From NCBI GenBank assembly GCA_963734935.1, contig CAVTIO010000004.1, forward strand, positions 200,263 to 264,262: DNA of 64,000 bases. Reading direction: 5' to 3'. The position numbers and the translations under genes are program-made. Origin of the DNA: an uncultured Chloroflexia bacterium. GTDB taxonomy: Bacteria; Chloroflexota; Limnocylindria; Limnocylindrales; CSP1-4. Under the pieces are notes generated by a model. That model saw nothing but the letters and a program-made list of their open reading frames with translations. It searched no databases and was not told where the DNA came from. Positions 1 to 8,592 of this stretch are shown here, piece by piece; the stretch's first letter is position 1; every line of letters starts with the position of its first letter.

Positions 1-354
1 ATGAGCGGGATGATCAGGGCCAGAAGGGTCGGGTCGAGCGACGGCATGTTGATCGTCACGGGCATCTCCGATGGGCCGGCGGCCGGGCTTGGGTCACCGA
101 TGATGAGGCTAGACGTCGATGCCGACGACCAGCAAATGCCGCCAGCATCGCGGGCGGTGCCGCCCGGGCCAGAGTCATCATGCCCGGAAAGGGAGGACCG
201 CTGACGCATAGCGTCGGATTCCGCGATGTCCTGGTCGGTCTCGCTGCTCTCGATCTGGACGCCGGCAAAGCTGGCAGGTAGTCGATGTGGTGGTCGGGCG
301 CGCTGGTAGACTCGATTCGCCCCGCCGGCCTCCCGCCGACGGGGGTTCCCACCG

Positions 355-1194
355 ATGTCCCGGAGGAGCGCCATGACCGACGACCGCGAGCCCTGGGCAC
401 TCATCCTCGGCGCGTCCTCGGGCATGGGCGAGGCCACCGCGCTGACCCTGGCTGCGGCGGGCTACCGGATCTGCGGGGTCCACCTCGATTTCCGCGCCGG
501 CCGGAGCCACGTGGACGAGGTCAAGGCGGGGATCGAGGCGCTCGGGTCCGAGGCGCTGTACCTCAACATGAACGCCGCCGACGATGAGAAGCGAGCGAGC
601 GCGCTTCAGACCCTGCGCGAGCGTTTCGAGCAGTCGCGCGCCGCGGGTGCGCATCCGTACGTGCGCGTCGTGATGCATTCGCTGGCGTTCGGCTCGCTGG
701 TGCCGTTCCTGGCCGAGGATCCCAAGGCGGCCGCCGACCGCAAGAAGATGGAGATGACCCAGGACGTGATGGCGAACAGTCTCGTCTACTGGGTGCAGGA
801 CCTGTGGCGCGGCGGATTCCTGGAGCGCGGCTCGAAGGTGTTCGCGATGACCTCGGAGGGGTCAAGCCGGGTCGTGCCCAGCTACGGCGTCGTGTCGTCG
901 GCCAAGGCCGCTCTCGAGTCACATGTCCGCCAGCTCGCGATGGAGCTCGCGAGGCTGGATACCGGCGTGACGGTCAATGCCATCCGTGCCGGGGTCACGG
1001 TGACCCCGGCCCTGCTCAAGATCCCCGAGAAGGACGCGATCATCGAGGCGGCAACCCGTCGAAACCCGACTGGCCGGATGACCAGGCCACAGGACGTGGC
1101 CGAAGCCATCCGGGCCCTGTCAGGTGAGGGAACAGGGTTCATCAGCGGCGAGATCATCGGCGTCGACGGCGGCGAGTTCGTCACCGGCTCATGA
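355..1194 (+). CDS. SDR-family oxidoreductase, enoyl-ACP reductase (FabI/FabL)-like
   Basis: 279-aa ORF with the Rossmann glycine motif LILGASSGMGEATA and a Y-x6-K catalytic pair (SYGVVSSAK), as in FabI-type reductases. Its stop overlaps the ribokinase start by 4 nt (ATGA). Confidence 0.7.
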   Translation: MSRRSAMTDDREPWALILGASSGMGEATALTLAAAGYRICGVHLDFRAGRSHVDEVKAGIEALGSEALYLNMNAADDEKRASALQTLRERFEQSRAAGAHPYVRVVMHSLAFGSLVPFLAEDPKAAADRKKMEMTQDVMANSLVYWVQDLWRGGFLERGSKVFAMTSEGSSRVVPSYGVVSSAKAALESHVRQLAMELARLDTGVTVNAIRAGVTVTPALLKIPEKDAIIEAATRRNPTGRMTRPQDVAEAIRALSGEGTGFISGEIIGVDGGEFVTGS

Positions 1195-2288
1195 CGACCG
1201 AGCCGCAAACGACCGAGACTCGGGCGCACGCTGGCCCCACCGGACGGGTGCTTGTCGTCGGGTCGGTCAACGTTGATCTCGTCGTCCAGGGAGAGAGGTT
1301 GCCGCTCCCCGGCGAGACTGTCATGGGCGGCACGTTCACCCGCTTCCATGGGGGGAAGGGTGGCAACCAGGCGGTCGCCGCTGCACGGCTCGACGTCCCG
1401 GTCATGCTCGTGGCGGCTGTGGGCGACGACGCGTTTGGCTCGGAGGCCACCGCCGCGCTCGCGCGGGAGGGTGTCGGGATCGATGTGCTGGTGACGCTCG
1501 ATCACACGGCAACCGGCGTTGCGTTGATCCTGGTCGATGCCAAGGCCGAGAACCAGATCGCGGTCGCGCCCGGAGCGAACGCCGGACTGACCGTCGCCCA
1601 CGTCCGTCAGGCCTTCGGACGCCTCAACCCACACCGGGGGGACGTCGTCATCGTGACCCACGAGATCCCCACCGCCGCGGCGCGCGAGGCGCTGCGGATC
1701 GGCCACGAGGGCGGCGCCTGGACGGTGTTCAACCCGGCGCCGGCCGACGGCCTCGACCGGACACTCCTGTCCCTGGCCGACGTCCTGACCCCCAACCGGG
1801 GTGAGCTTGTCCGCCTCGCCGCCGATGACGCGCGACGCTCGGGCCGACCGACGACCGGTGCCGAGGACCCGATCGCCGCCGCACGCACGCTGCTCGAGGA
1901 CACGTCCGAGGGCCCTGGTGCTGGTCAGGCGATCCTGGTGTCGCTGGGCTCGACTGGTGCGGTGCTGGTGCGGAGGTCGGGCCGCCCGGTGGACATCAAG
2001 GCGCCCAGGGTCAAGGCAGTCGATGCGACGGGCGCCGGTGATGCGCTCAACGGCGCGCTGGCGGCCGCGCTCGCCGGCGGCCTGGACCTGGTTGCCGCGG
2101 CTCGGCGGGCAGTGGTCGCGGCGACCGTCTCGGTGGCCCGGGCTGGCGCGCGTGAAGGCATGCCGACGCTGGCAGAGCTCCAGGCGGCCCTCGGTGAGCC
2201 GATGCCGGGCGAGGCACCTGCCGCGACTGCCGACGCGTCCGACAAGCCGACCGGCACGGACGCAGCGGGCCTGACTCAGCAGGGATAG
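1191..2288 (+). CDS. rbsK: ribokinase (PfkB carbohydrate kinase family)
   Basis: 365 aa. Carries the GGKGGNQA di-glycine motif and the C-terminal DATGAGDA anion-hole motif of ribokinases/PfkB kinases. Confidence 0.8.
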   Translation: MTTEPQTTETRAHAGPTGRVLVVGSVNVDLVVQGERLPLPGETVMGGTFTRFHGGKGGNQAVAAARLDVPVMLVAAVGDDAFGSEATAALAREGVGIDVLVTLDHTATGVALILVDAKAENQIAVAPGANAGLTVAHVRQAFGRLNPHRGDVVIVTHEIPTAAAREALRIGHEGGAWTVFNPAPADGLDRTLLSLADVLTPNRGELVRLAADDARRSGRPTTGAEDPIAAARTLLEDTSEGPGAGQAILVSLGSTGAVLVRRSGRPVDIKAPRVKAVDATGAGDALNGALAAALAGGLDLVAAARRAVVAATVSVARAGAREGMPTLAELQAALGEPMPGEAPAATADASDKPTGTDAAGLTQQG

Positions 2289-2332
2289 TCCGGCCGCCGG
2301 GACCGCGTGGCGCGACCCGGCGCGCCCGCACC

Positions 2333-3454
2333 TCAGCCCAGGCGCTCCTCGGCAACCCAGTCGCTCTGCAGGCGGGCCGCAGGCGTCATTCCCAGGCGCC
2401 CCGTCTCGTCCACCCACCATGCTGCCAGCCCGCGAGACCGTGCCTCGTCGCCGATTCCGCCCCGGCCAGCCAGGAACAGAGCCTTGGTCCAGACTTCGGC
2501 CCAGGCGGGGTCCGGGCCGGCGACGGTCACCGCGATCAGCCCGGTCCGGGCGGGCTCGCCGGTGCGTGGATCGAGCAGGTGATGAACCCGCCGGCCATCA
2601 GGTGCCGTCCAGTTGCGGACCCCAACCGACGAGGTCGCGACGGCGCCGCGATCGACATTCACGACAACGACCGGCGGCCCGGCGGGATCCGTCGGGTCCT
2701 CGATCCCGACGCGCCAGCCGCCGCTCCGGTGGCGGCCGCCAACCACCACGTCCCCGCCGGCATCGAGCAGGAGGGCAGCCCGGGCGTCGACCGCCGATGC
2801 CCTCGCGATTGCCCAGCGAAGGGCGAGGCCCTTGCCGATCCCGCCCGAATCGAGGGGCACGGCCGGGACGTTCACGCGCGACGGGCGCTCCAGCGACTGC
2901 GGGGCACGCGCGTCATCCTCGGACGTCCCCCCCCGTGCCCGGCCCATCGGGCCCGGTCTCACGGCCAGGTCGGCGCCGTGCTCGCCCAGCCGCTCCAGGT
3001 CGCCCAGCACCGATGCATCGAACCGGCCCCCTGTGAGGCGGCCGGCGCGGTGCATCGCGGCAAGGGCTGTCCGCATCCGCCAGGAGACCTCAGCGACAGC
3101 GCCCGTTCCCGCGCGACGGTTGATCTCGGTGAGCTCGCTGTCATCGCGAAACCGGGACAGCGCCAGGTCAGCCGCCGACATCTCGCCACGCACGATGGCC
3201 CAGGAGCGCGAGGCAGCCCGCTCCGCTGAGTCGCGAGCGTCATGGGGCGGCGGGTCGATGCCGGTTGCATCGACGAACAGCCGCAGTGGCGATCCGAGGG
3301 CGCGGCCCTCGAACGCCAGCACACCGTCGGGCTCTATTCGTGGCGCCTCCGGTGGAATGGGAGTCGGCCGCCCGATGGGATGCGCCGGACCGGCGTGCCC
3401 GACCGGTCCGGCCGACCCTGACGGCGTGCTCGTCCGGCTCGCCAGCGACGTCAC
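2333..3454 (-). CDS. apbE: FAD:protein FMN transferase (ApbE family)
   Basis: 373 aa. Contains the ApbE signature HHLLDPRTGEPA and the typical N-terminal fold segment (LAFEGRALGSPLRLFV). Last gene of a four-gene minus-strand operon; its start overlaps the upstream stop (ATGA). Confidence 0.75.
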   Translation of the reverse strand: MTSLASRTSTPSGSAGPVGHAGPAHPIGRPTPIPPEAPRIEPDGVLAFEGRALGSPLRLFVDATGIDPPPHDARDSAERAASRSWAIVRGEMSAADLALSRFRDDSELTEINRRAGTGAVAEVSWRMRTALAAMHRAGRLTGGRFDASVLGDLERLGEHGADLAVRPGPMGRARGGTSEDDARAPQSLERPSRVNVPAVPLDSGGIGKGLALRWAIARASAVDARAALLLDAGGDVVVGGRHRSGGWRVGIEDPTDPAGPPVVVVNVDRGAVATSSVGVRNWTAPDGRRVHHLLDPRTGEPARTGLIAVTVAGPDPAWAEVWTKALFLAGRGGIGDEARSRGLAAWWVDETGRLGMTPAARLQSDWVAEERLG

Positions 3455-4014
3455 CGGCCCGAGGCGCTCGTCTTGGTCGTGGTCCGCGGCGCCGAGCCCA
3501 CGGACGTGGTGCGCACGGAAACCTTGGGCAGGCTGATACGGGTCGGCAGCGCGGCCGCAGATCCCTGAACCTCGGCCACCAGGGTGGCCAGCGAGTCGAG
3601 ACGTGCCTGGTACGCGGCGAGATCGTCGCCGGCGGCCGAATAGCCGGCGACCAGCGATCGGGTCTCAAGATCCGCCTGTCGGATCGCCGCCTCGAGCCGA
3701 TCGTTCGCGCTCGTGGCCGCCGCAACCGTGTCGACGTATGGCTGACGCTGGGCATCGAGCGCGGCGTCGTTCGATGCCTGCAGCGTGCTGATACCCGCGA
3801 GCGAGACGGCGTAGACCGCGGCCGATGCTCCGATCAGCATGCCGGCGCGGGCCGGGGTCGTGAGCCATGGCTGGCCCCGATGGGTACCGGCCGAGCGCTG
3901 GACGGGCCTGGCGACGGCCCCGGGGTTGGTCAGTCGCGTGCGAGGCAGCGGGAACGCGATGGCAGGCAGGACGCGATCGGTCCCGGGCATCGTGCGCTCA
4001 GTCATCGTGGCCAC
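3451..4014 (-). CDS. hypothetical membrane-anchored protein
   Basis: 187 aa. A single N-proximal TM helix (MLIGASAAVYAVSLAGI) is followed by an Ala/Leu-rich helical region and a Thr/Ser-rich tail. Coupled to apbE (ATGA overlap). No recognisable catalytic or FMN-binding motif. Confidence 0.4.
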   Translation of the reverse strand: MATMTERTMPGTDRVLPAIAFPLPRTRLTNPGAVARPVQRSAGTHRGQPWLTTPARAGMLIGASAAVYAVSLAGISTLQASNDAALDAQRQPYVDTVAAATSANDRLEAAIRQADLETRSLVAGYSAAGDDLAAYQARLDSLATLVAEVQGSAAALPTRISLPKVSVRTTSVGSAPRTTTKTSASGR

Positions 4015-4495
4015 CTTCGTGCTCGCCCCCGGTGGAGGCGGTGGTCGTCGTCGTCGATCGGGCAGCTGCCGCGTTGATGGCTGCCTGCCGGGCGGCTGCC
4101 GCGTTGAGCGCGTTGAGGCGCTTCTGGGCGGCCTTGAGCTGTCGCTGGAGTGCCGTCAGTCGCGCCTTCGTATCGGACAGCTGCTGCTGGAGGGCCTTCG
4201 CGTGGTCTGCATCCCCGGCGATGCCGTCGTTGGCTGTGCTGACGGCCGCCTCCAGGTCCGCGAGCTGGGATGCCACAGTGTCGAGCTGACCCGACAGCTG
4301 GGTCGTGCGATCGATCTCGTACGAGGCATCGCCCGCGATGGTGTCCATGCTGACTGGCGCCGTGTCGATCGGGGCCGAATCGGCCCGCCACTGGGCCGCG
4401 ACCTGGACGGTTGCCACACCGACGCCGATCACGGCGACGGTCAGGCCCAGCACGACGACCCTGCGGATCACCCGCTGAATGAGCTCCCCGGACAT
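3998..4495 (-). CDS. hypothetical membrane-anchored coiled-coil protein
   Basis: The ORF-track frame is 3998..4600. An internal start (MSGELIQ...) at 4495 abuts the upstream gene. One TM helix (VVVLGLTVAVIGVGVA) is followed by heptad-like coiled-coil repeats (LQRQLKAAQKRLNALNAAAARQ). Its architecture parallels the 3451..4014 product. Confidence 0.4.
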   Translation of the reverse strand: MSGELIQRVIRRVVVLGLTVAVIGVGVATVQVAAQWRADSAPIDTAPVSMDTIAGDASYEIDRTTQLSGQLDTVASQLADLEAAVSTANDGIAGDADHAKALQQQLSDTKARLTALQRQLKAAQKRLNALNAAAARQAAINAAAARSTTTTTASTGGEHEGGHDD

Positions 4496-5205
4496 CACAA
4501 TTCCTCCACGGTGGCGATTGCCGGCTGCGGCCGGCCGATGGATGGGATGGAGCCTGCCGGTGCGGTGGGGGCACGCTGTGGTCGCACCCGTGCGGTCCAC
4601 CAGCGATGTGCGACACCGGCCAGGATCGGCAACCCGGTCGCGAGATACAGCGGCAGCAACGCCCCGCCGTCGCTACCCGCCAGCACGGCGTGGACCCAGG
4701 TCATCAGGAACACGACGGCCGACAGGCGGTGGACCTTGAGCCACCAGCCGGACGGCAGCAGTCGGGTCCACTTGGCCGTCACGGCCGTGAAGATCAGCGC
4801 GTACATGGCGACCGAGCCGAGACCGACGGCCACCGGGCGATAGGCGGAGTAGCCCGGCACGAACGCGCCGACCACCCCCACGTTGGCGTATGGATCAACG
4901 GCCAACAGCACCACGTGCAACGCGATGAACGCGCCAGTGAACACCGAGACCATCTCGTGCCACGGGAATACCTGCTTCGTCTTGCGCCAGGCGGCGGTGT
5001 TCCGCGGGTGGCTCAGGACCAGGCCCAGGGCGACCTCGAACGCAAGCAGCAGATAGGCGGAGACGCCCATCGCGCGCGCCGCCAGCCAGGGTCGGAGCTG
5101 GGCCGTGCGATCGTCGGTCGCAGGCAGGATGTGGTCGGTGACACCCAGGGCGACGAGTGCCGCGAGGGCGCCGAGGATGACCAGCGTGACGCCACTCAGC
5201 CGCAC
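4495..5205 (-). CDS. ferric-reductase-like transmembrane domain protein (MsrQ/YedZ-type heme b membrane protein)
   Basis: 236 aa with about 6 predicted TM helices. Histidines sit in consecutive helices (LSHPRN, WHEMVSVFTGAFIALHVVLL, WVHAVLAG), the pattern of Ferric_reduct domains. First gene of the operon ending in apbE. Confidence 0.55.
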   Translation of the reverse strand: MRLSGVTLVILGALAALVALGVTDHILPATDDRTAQLRPWLAARAMGVSAYLLLAFEVALGLVLSHPRNTAAWRKTKQVFPWHEMVSVFTGAFIALHVVLLAVDPYANVGVVGAFVPGYSAYRPVAVGLGSVAMYALIFTAVTAKWTRLLPSGWWLKVHRLSAVVFLMTWVHAVLAGSDGGALLPLYLATGLPILAGVAHRWWTARVRPQRAPTAPAGSIPSIGRPQPAIATVEEL

Positions 5206-5376
5206 GGCTGTTCCCTCGCTCGGAGGAGCCCGGAAGCGGCGGGGGCGGGGCGGAGCGTGTCAATCGGCATGAGCGACTCCCGTTGGGTCCGGTATCGCTC
5301 TGAGGCGGTCTGGCGGCCGGAGGTTTCGCCCCTGGTCCCGGCGATCGTCCCACCGCCGCCGGTACTGGGGTCCTGG

Positions 5377-6327
5377 TCAGGACCCGGTGATGGCGGAGAC
5401 CACCCGGTCGGCATTCCAGGACATCATCCCGACGTAGGTGTCCGCCGGTGGGTCGCCGAGGGTGTCGGTGTACAGGTCGGTCACGACCGCCACGCCGGTC
5501 TCGTCGGCGATGGTGTGAGCCAGGGCGTCGTTGAACTGTGCCTCGGCGAAGATCGCGCTGACAGCCGTCGAGCGGATCGACTCGATCAGCGCCGCCACCT
5601 GGCCCGCGCTCGGATCCTGGCCGGGCGCGGCGACGATGTTGCCCGCGATCGTCAGCCCGTACGCGGCAGCGAAGTATGGGAAGGCGTCATGGAACGACAC
5701 CACGACCCGGTCGGCCGACGGGATGGTCGCGAGCCGGTCCCGGATGCCGTGGTCGAGATCAGCCAGCGTGGCCTTGTATGCCGATGCCCGCTCGCGATAG
5801 CCGTCGGCGCCCGCCGGATCGACCGACGCCAGCGCCTCGGCGATGCGGTCAACGTAGCGCTCCGCGTAGGCCACGTTCATCCACAGGTGCGGATTGACCG
5901 CCCCGTTGTCGCCCTGGAGGTACGTCACGCCGTCGAGGTTCTCGCCCAGCGCCACGAGCGGCGCGTCGTTGCCGGCGTCGTGGACGAGCGATTCGAGCCA
6001 GTCATCGAGACCGAGACCGTTGCGCACGATCAGCTTCGCCTCGATGACATTCTGGATGTCGGACGGGTTGGGGTCGAAGGTATGGACCTCGCCCCCCTTG
6101 GGCACCAGGCTCGAAACCCGGACGCGCGTGCCGCCAACCTGGGCCACCAGGTCGGCAAGGACCGTGGTCGTGGCGGCCACCGGGATCGCGTCAGCATCGG
6201 GCGTGGGCGTTGGCGAGCCGGCCGGCGTCTCAGCTCCGCAGGCGGCAGCCAGGATCGACATCGCGACGACTCCGACCAGGAGGCCGCGGAGGGCCTTGAG
6301 ATCAAGTCTCACGCGGGGGCCGGGCAT
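5377..6327 (-). CDS. znuA: metal (Zn/Mn) ABC transporter substrate-binding lipoprotein, ZnuA/TroA family
   Basis: 316 aa. Lipobox LAAAC after a signal peptide. Cluster-9 SBP motifs are present (HTFDPNPSD, DAFPYFAAAYGL, NPHLWMN). Lies downstream of zur-znuB-znuC on the same strand. Confidence 0.75.
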   Translation of the reverse strand: MPGPRVRLDLKALRGLLVGVVAMSILAAACGAETPAGSPTPTPDADAIPVAATTTVLADLVAQVGGTRVRVSSLVPKGGEVHTFDPNPSDIQNVIEAKLIVRNGLGLDDWLESLVHDAGNDAPLVALGENLDGVTYLQGDNGAVNPHLWMNVAYAERYVDRIAEALASVDPAGADGYRERASAYKATLADLDHGIRDRLATIPSADRVVVSFHDAFPYFAAAYGLTIAGNIVAAPGQDPSAGQVAALIESIRSTAVSAIFAEAQFNDALAHTIADETGVAVVTDLYTDTLGDPPADTYVGMMSWNADRVVSAITGS

Positions 6328-6351
6328 CAGGAGGCTCCGTGTTGGCGGGGG

Positions 6352-6783
6352 TCAGGAGCGGCTCGCGGCCTGGCACGAGGGGCACAGGCCGAACAGCTCG
6401 AGGCGATGGGCGGTGATGCGGAAGCCGAGGCGATTCCCGGCCTCGCGCAGGACCTGCGTCAACCCCATGTCCGGCAGGTCCAGGGAACGGCCGCAGCCGG
6501 TGCAGATCGCATGATGGTGGTGGGCGCGATCGCAGGTGACGTAGGCGTGGTCGCCCTCGGGCAGATCCACGTGCTCGACCAGGCCCAGCGTGGTGAACAG
6601 GTCCAGAGCACGGAACACGGTCGCACGTCCCAGCCCGGGCTGATGCCGTCGTGCCTCGTCCACGATCTCGGCGGCGGTGAAGTGTCCCTCGCGCCGCGCG
6701 ACGAGGTCGGCAACCACCCGTCGTGGCTCGGTGAGCCGGCAGCCGGCCTGCTCCATCGCCGTCAGGAACTCGGTCGTCATCAT
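6352..6783 (-). CDS. zur: Fur-family metalloregulator (Zur-like)
   Basis: 143 aa within the longer ORF-track frame. Winged-HTH N-terminus and C-terminal metal sites (HHHHAICTGCG ... CPSC). Start MMTTEFL overlaps the znuB stop (TGATG). Confidence 0.7.
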   Translation of the reverse strand: MMTTEFLTAMEQAGCRLTEPRRVVADLVARREGHFTAAEIVDEARRHQPGLGRATVFRALDLFTTLGLVEHVDLPEGDHAYVTCDRAHHHHAICTGCGRSLDLPDMGLTQVLREAGNRLGFRITAHRLELFGLCPSCQAASRS

Positions 6784-7649
6784 CAGGCGCTCGGTGCGGT
6801 GGCCGCGGCCTCGACCACCGGGGTGCGGCGGCGCGCGATGAGGCCACGCGGCCCGAACGTCAGCGCCACCAGGAACAGCCCGGTCTCGACGAGCACGATC
6901 GTGGCTCCGCTGGCGACGCTCAGCCAGAACGACACGTACAGCCCCACGACGGCGCTCGCGATTCCGACCAGTGCCGCGATCGCCATCAGGCGGGTGAATC
7001 GGGCGGTCAGCATCTGCGCCGTGGCTGCCGGCGTGACGAGCATCGCGACGACGAGGATGATCCCCACCGCCTGGAGGCTGACCACGATCGTCAGGGCAAC
7101 CAGCGCCAGGAACAGGTACTCGAGCCGGTCGACCGGCATCCCCGACGCAGCGGCACCCAGCGGATCGAAGGTCGCGTACAGGAGCTCCTTCCAGAGCAAC
7201 GCCACGATCAGCATCACGCCCAGGCCGAGCAGGGTCAGTGCGATCAGGTCCGAGGGACTGATGGCCAGGACGTTGCCCAGCAGGAAGCTGAACAGATCCG
7301 CCACGTAGCCCTGGATCGTGCTGAACAGGAACACGCCGAACGCAAAGGTGCCCGCGAACAGGACGCCGATCGCCGTGTCCTGGCGCAGCCCACCGCGCTT
7401 GGTGACATACCCGATCGCGAGCGCGGTGCACACGGCCGCCACGGCGGCGCCCAGGTAGAACGGGATCGCCAGCAGGTACGCGGCGACCACGCCCGGGAAC
7501 GCGGCATGGGCGATCGCATCCCCGATGAACGCAATGCCGCGCAGCACCACGTACGTGCCAACGACGGCACACACGACGCCCACGAGGGCCGAGGCGATCA
7601 GGGCGCGCACGAAGAACTCGAATCCGAGCGGTTCCAGCAGCAGCGTCAT
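6783..7649 (-). CDS. znuB: metal ABC transporter permease (ZnuB/MntB family)
   Basis: 288 aa, highly hydrophobic with 8-9 TM segments, as in ABC-3 permeases. Flanked by the ATPase and SBP genes with ATGA overlaps. Confidence 0.8.
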   Translation of the reverse strand: MTLLLEPLGFEFFVRALIASALVGVVCAVVGTYVVLRGIAFIGDAIAHAAFPGVVAAYLLAIPFYLGAAVAAVCTALAIGYVTKRGGLRQDTAIGVLFAGTFAFGVFLFSTIQGYVADLFSFLLGNVLAISPSDLIALTLLGLGVMLIVALLWKELLYATFDPLGAAASGMPVDRLEYLFLALVALTIVVSLQAVGIILVVAMLVTPAATAQMLTARFTRLMAIAALVGIASAVVGLYVSFWLSVASGATIVLVETGLFLVALTFGPRGLIARRRTPVVEAAATAPSA

Positions 7650-8560
7650 CGCCGACCCTGCTCCGGTTCGTGGAAGTGGCGCTCGCCGGGCGCCGCTGCG
7701 TCGTGGTGATGGGCGTCGTCGAGGAGCATCGTCTGGCCCTCGACGACCAGCAGATGCCCGCCGTACGCGCGGGACAGGACGCCTGCGTCAAGCACCAGGT
7801 TCGACTTTCCGTAGGCCACGACCGTGCCGTTGATGGCCATGACCTGCTGGAAGCGCTGAGCGACGCAGGCCAGGTCGTGCGTGGTGGCCACCACCGTCTT
7901 GCCTCGGGCGGCCTGCTGCTCGAGCAGGTCCATGAGCAGCTCCTGGGTGGTGGTGTCGATCCCGGTGACGGGTTCGTCGAGGAGGAACAGGTCCGGCTCC
8001 GCGGCGAGCGCCCGGGCGAGGAAGACGCGCCGGCGCTGTCCACCCGACAGACGTCCGATCTGCGTTCCTCGATGCTGACTCATGCCCACCTGGTCCAGGG
8101 CGTCGGTGACGGCTCGCCGGTCGTCGCGGCCCGGACGACGGACGGGTCCCAGTCGCGGGAAGCGGCCCATCGTGACCACGTCCTCGACAGTCACCGGAAA
8201 CGCCCAGTCGACGAGCTCTGCCTGCGGGACGTAGGCGACACGGCGCGCCTCGCGACCAGGTGGTGCGCCGAGGACCTCGATCCGTCCGGTCCACGGCCGG
8301 AGCAGCCCGGCCATGAGCTTGAGCAGCGTGCTCTTGCCGGCGCCGTTGGGGCCGACGACGGCCAGCAGGCTGCCGGGCTCGACGGCGGCCGTCACGTGGT
8401 CGAGCGCCGTCCGGTCCCCGTACCCGGCCGAGACGTCGCTCAGCCACACGTCGGCGTGGGCGTGCGCATGCGCGGGATCGATCGCGTGATCGAGGCCGTG
8501 CTGCTGGTGGTCGGAGAGCGCGACCGCATCCGCGTGTTCCGCGCCGCTCTGCGTGTTCAT
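7646..8560 (-). CDS. znuC: metal ABC transporter ATP-binding protein with His-rich N-terminal extension
   Basis: 304 aa. Walker A GPNGAGKST, ABC signature LSGGQRRR, Walker B LFLLDEP. The N-terminal 40 aa contain 8 His (HQQHGLDHAIDPAHAHAHAD). Confidence 0.8.
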   Translation of the reverse strand: MNTQSGAEHADAVALSDHQQHGLDHAIDPAHAHAHADVWLSDVSAGYGDRTALDHVTAAVEPGSLLAVVGPNGAGKSTLLKLMAGLLRPWTGRIEVLGAPPGREARRVAYVPQAELVDWAFPVTVEDVVTMGRFPRLGPVRRPGRDDRRAVTDALDQVGMSQHRGTQIGRLSGGQRRRVFLARALAAEPDLFLLDEPVTGIDTTTQELLMDLLEQQAARGKTVVATTHDLACVAQRFQQVMAINGTVVAYGKSNLVLDAGVLSRAYGGHLLVVEGQTMLLDDAHHHDAAAPGERHFHEPEQGRR

Positions 8561-8577
8561 ATGAGACTCAGTATCAT
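8561..8577. promoter_or_regulatory. candidate Zur/Fur box: 17-bp near-palindrome ATGAGACTCAGTATCAT
   Basis: 14 of 17 positions are self-complementary. It abuts the znuC start codon in the 32-bp znuC/dsbA-like divergent intergenic region. Confidence 0.35.
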
Positions 8578-8592
8578 CTAGATGTTGGAGGG

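Noticed and set aside
1-354. Plus-strand 67-aa ORF at the window start, and minus ORFs at 56..400 and 178..678.
   Set aside because: No recognisable motifs, and their frames conflict. They may be the tail of a gene extending beyond the window, but nothing supports a call.
882-2420. 512-aa minus-strand ORF antisense to the ribokinase gene. Similar long antisense ORFs occur at 4606..7308+, 14999..16735-, 25150..26961-, 41313..43856- and 52723..54906+.
   Set aside because: Low-complexity Arg/Gly/Pro-rich translations with no motifs. They are fully antisense to genes with strong family signatures. Long stop-free reverse frames are expected at about 70% GC.
3451-4495. Looked for an FMN-binding domain or flavinylation motif ([S/T]GA[S/T]) in the two membrane-anchored proteins upstream of apbE.
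   Set aside because: None was found. Only TSASG-like low-complexity tails occur. They are kept as hypothetical coiled-coil anchors.
6352-8043. 563-aa ORF spanning the zur, znuB and znuC region in one frame.
   Set aside because: Only the C-terminal 143 aa (Fur/Zur fold) is credible. Upstream it overlaps the well-supported znuB and znuC genes in another frame. The internal start MMTTEFL with a TGATG overlap fits the operon.
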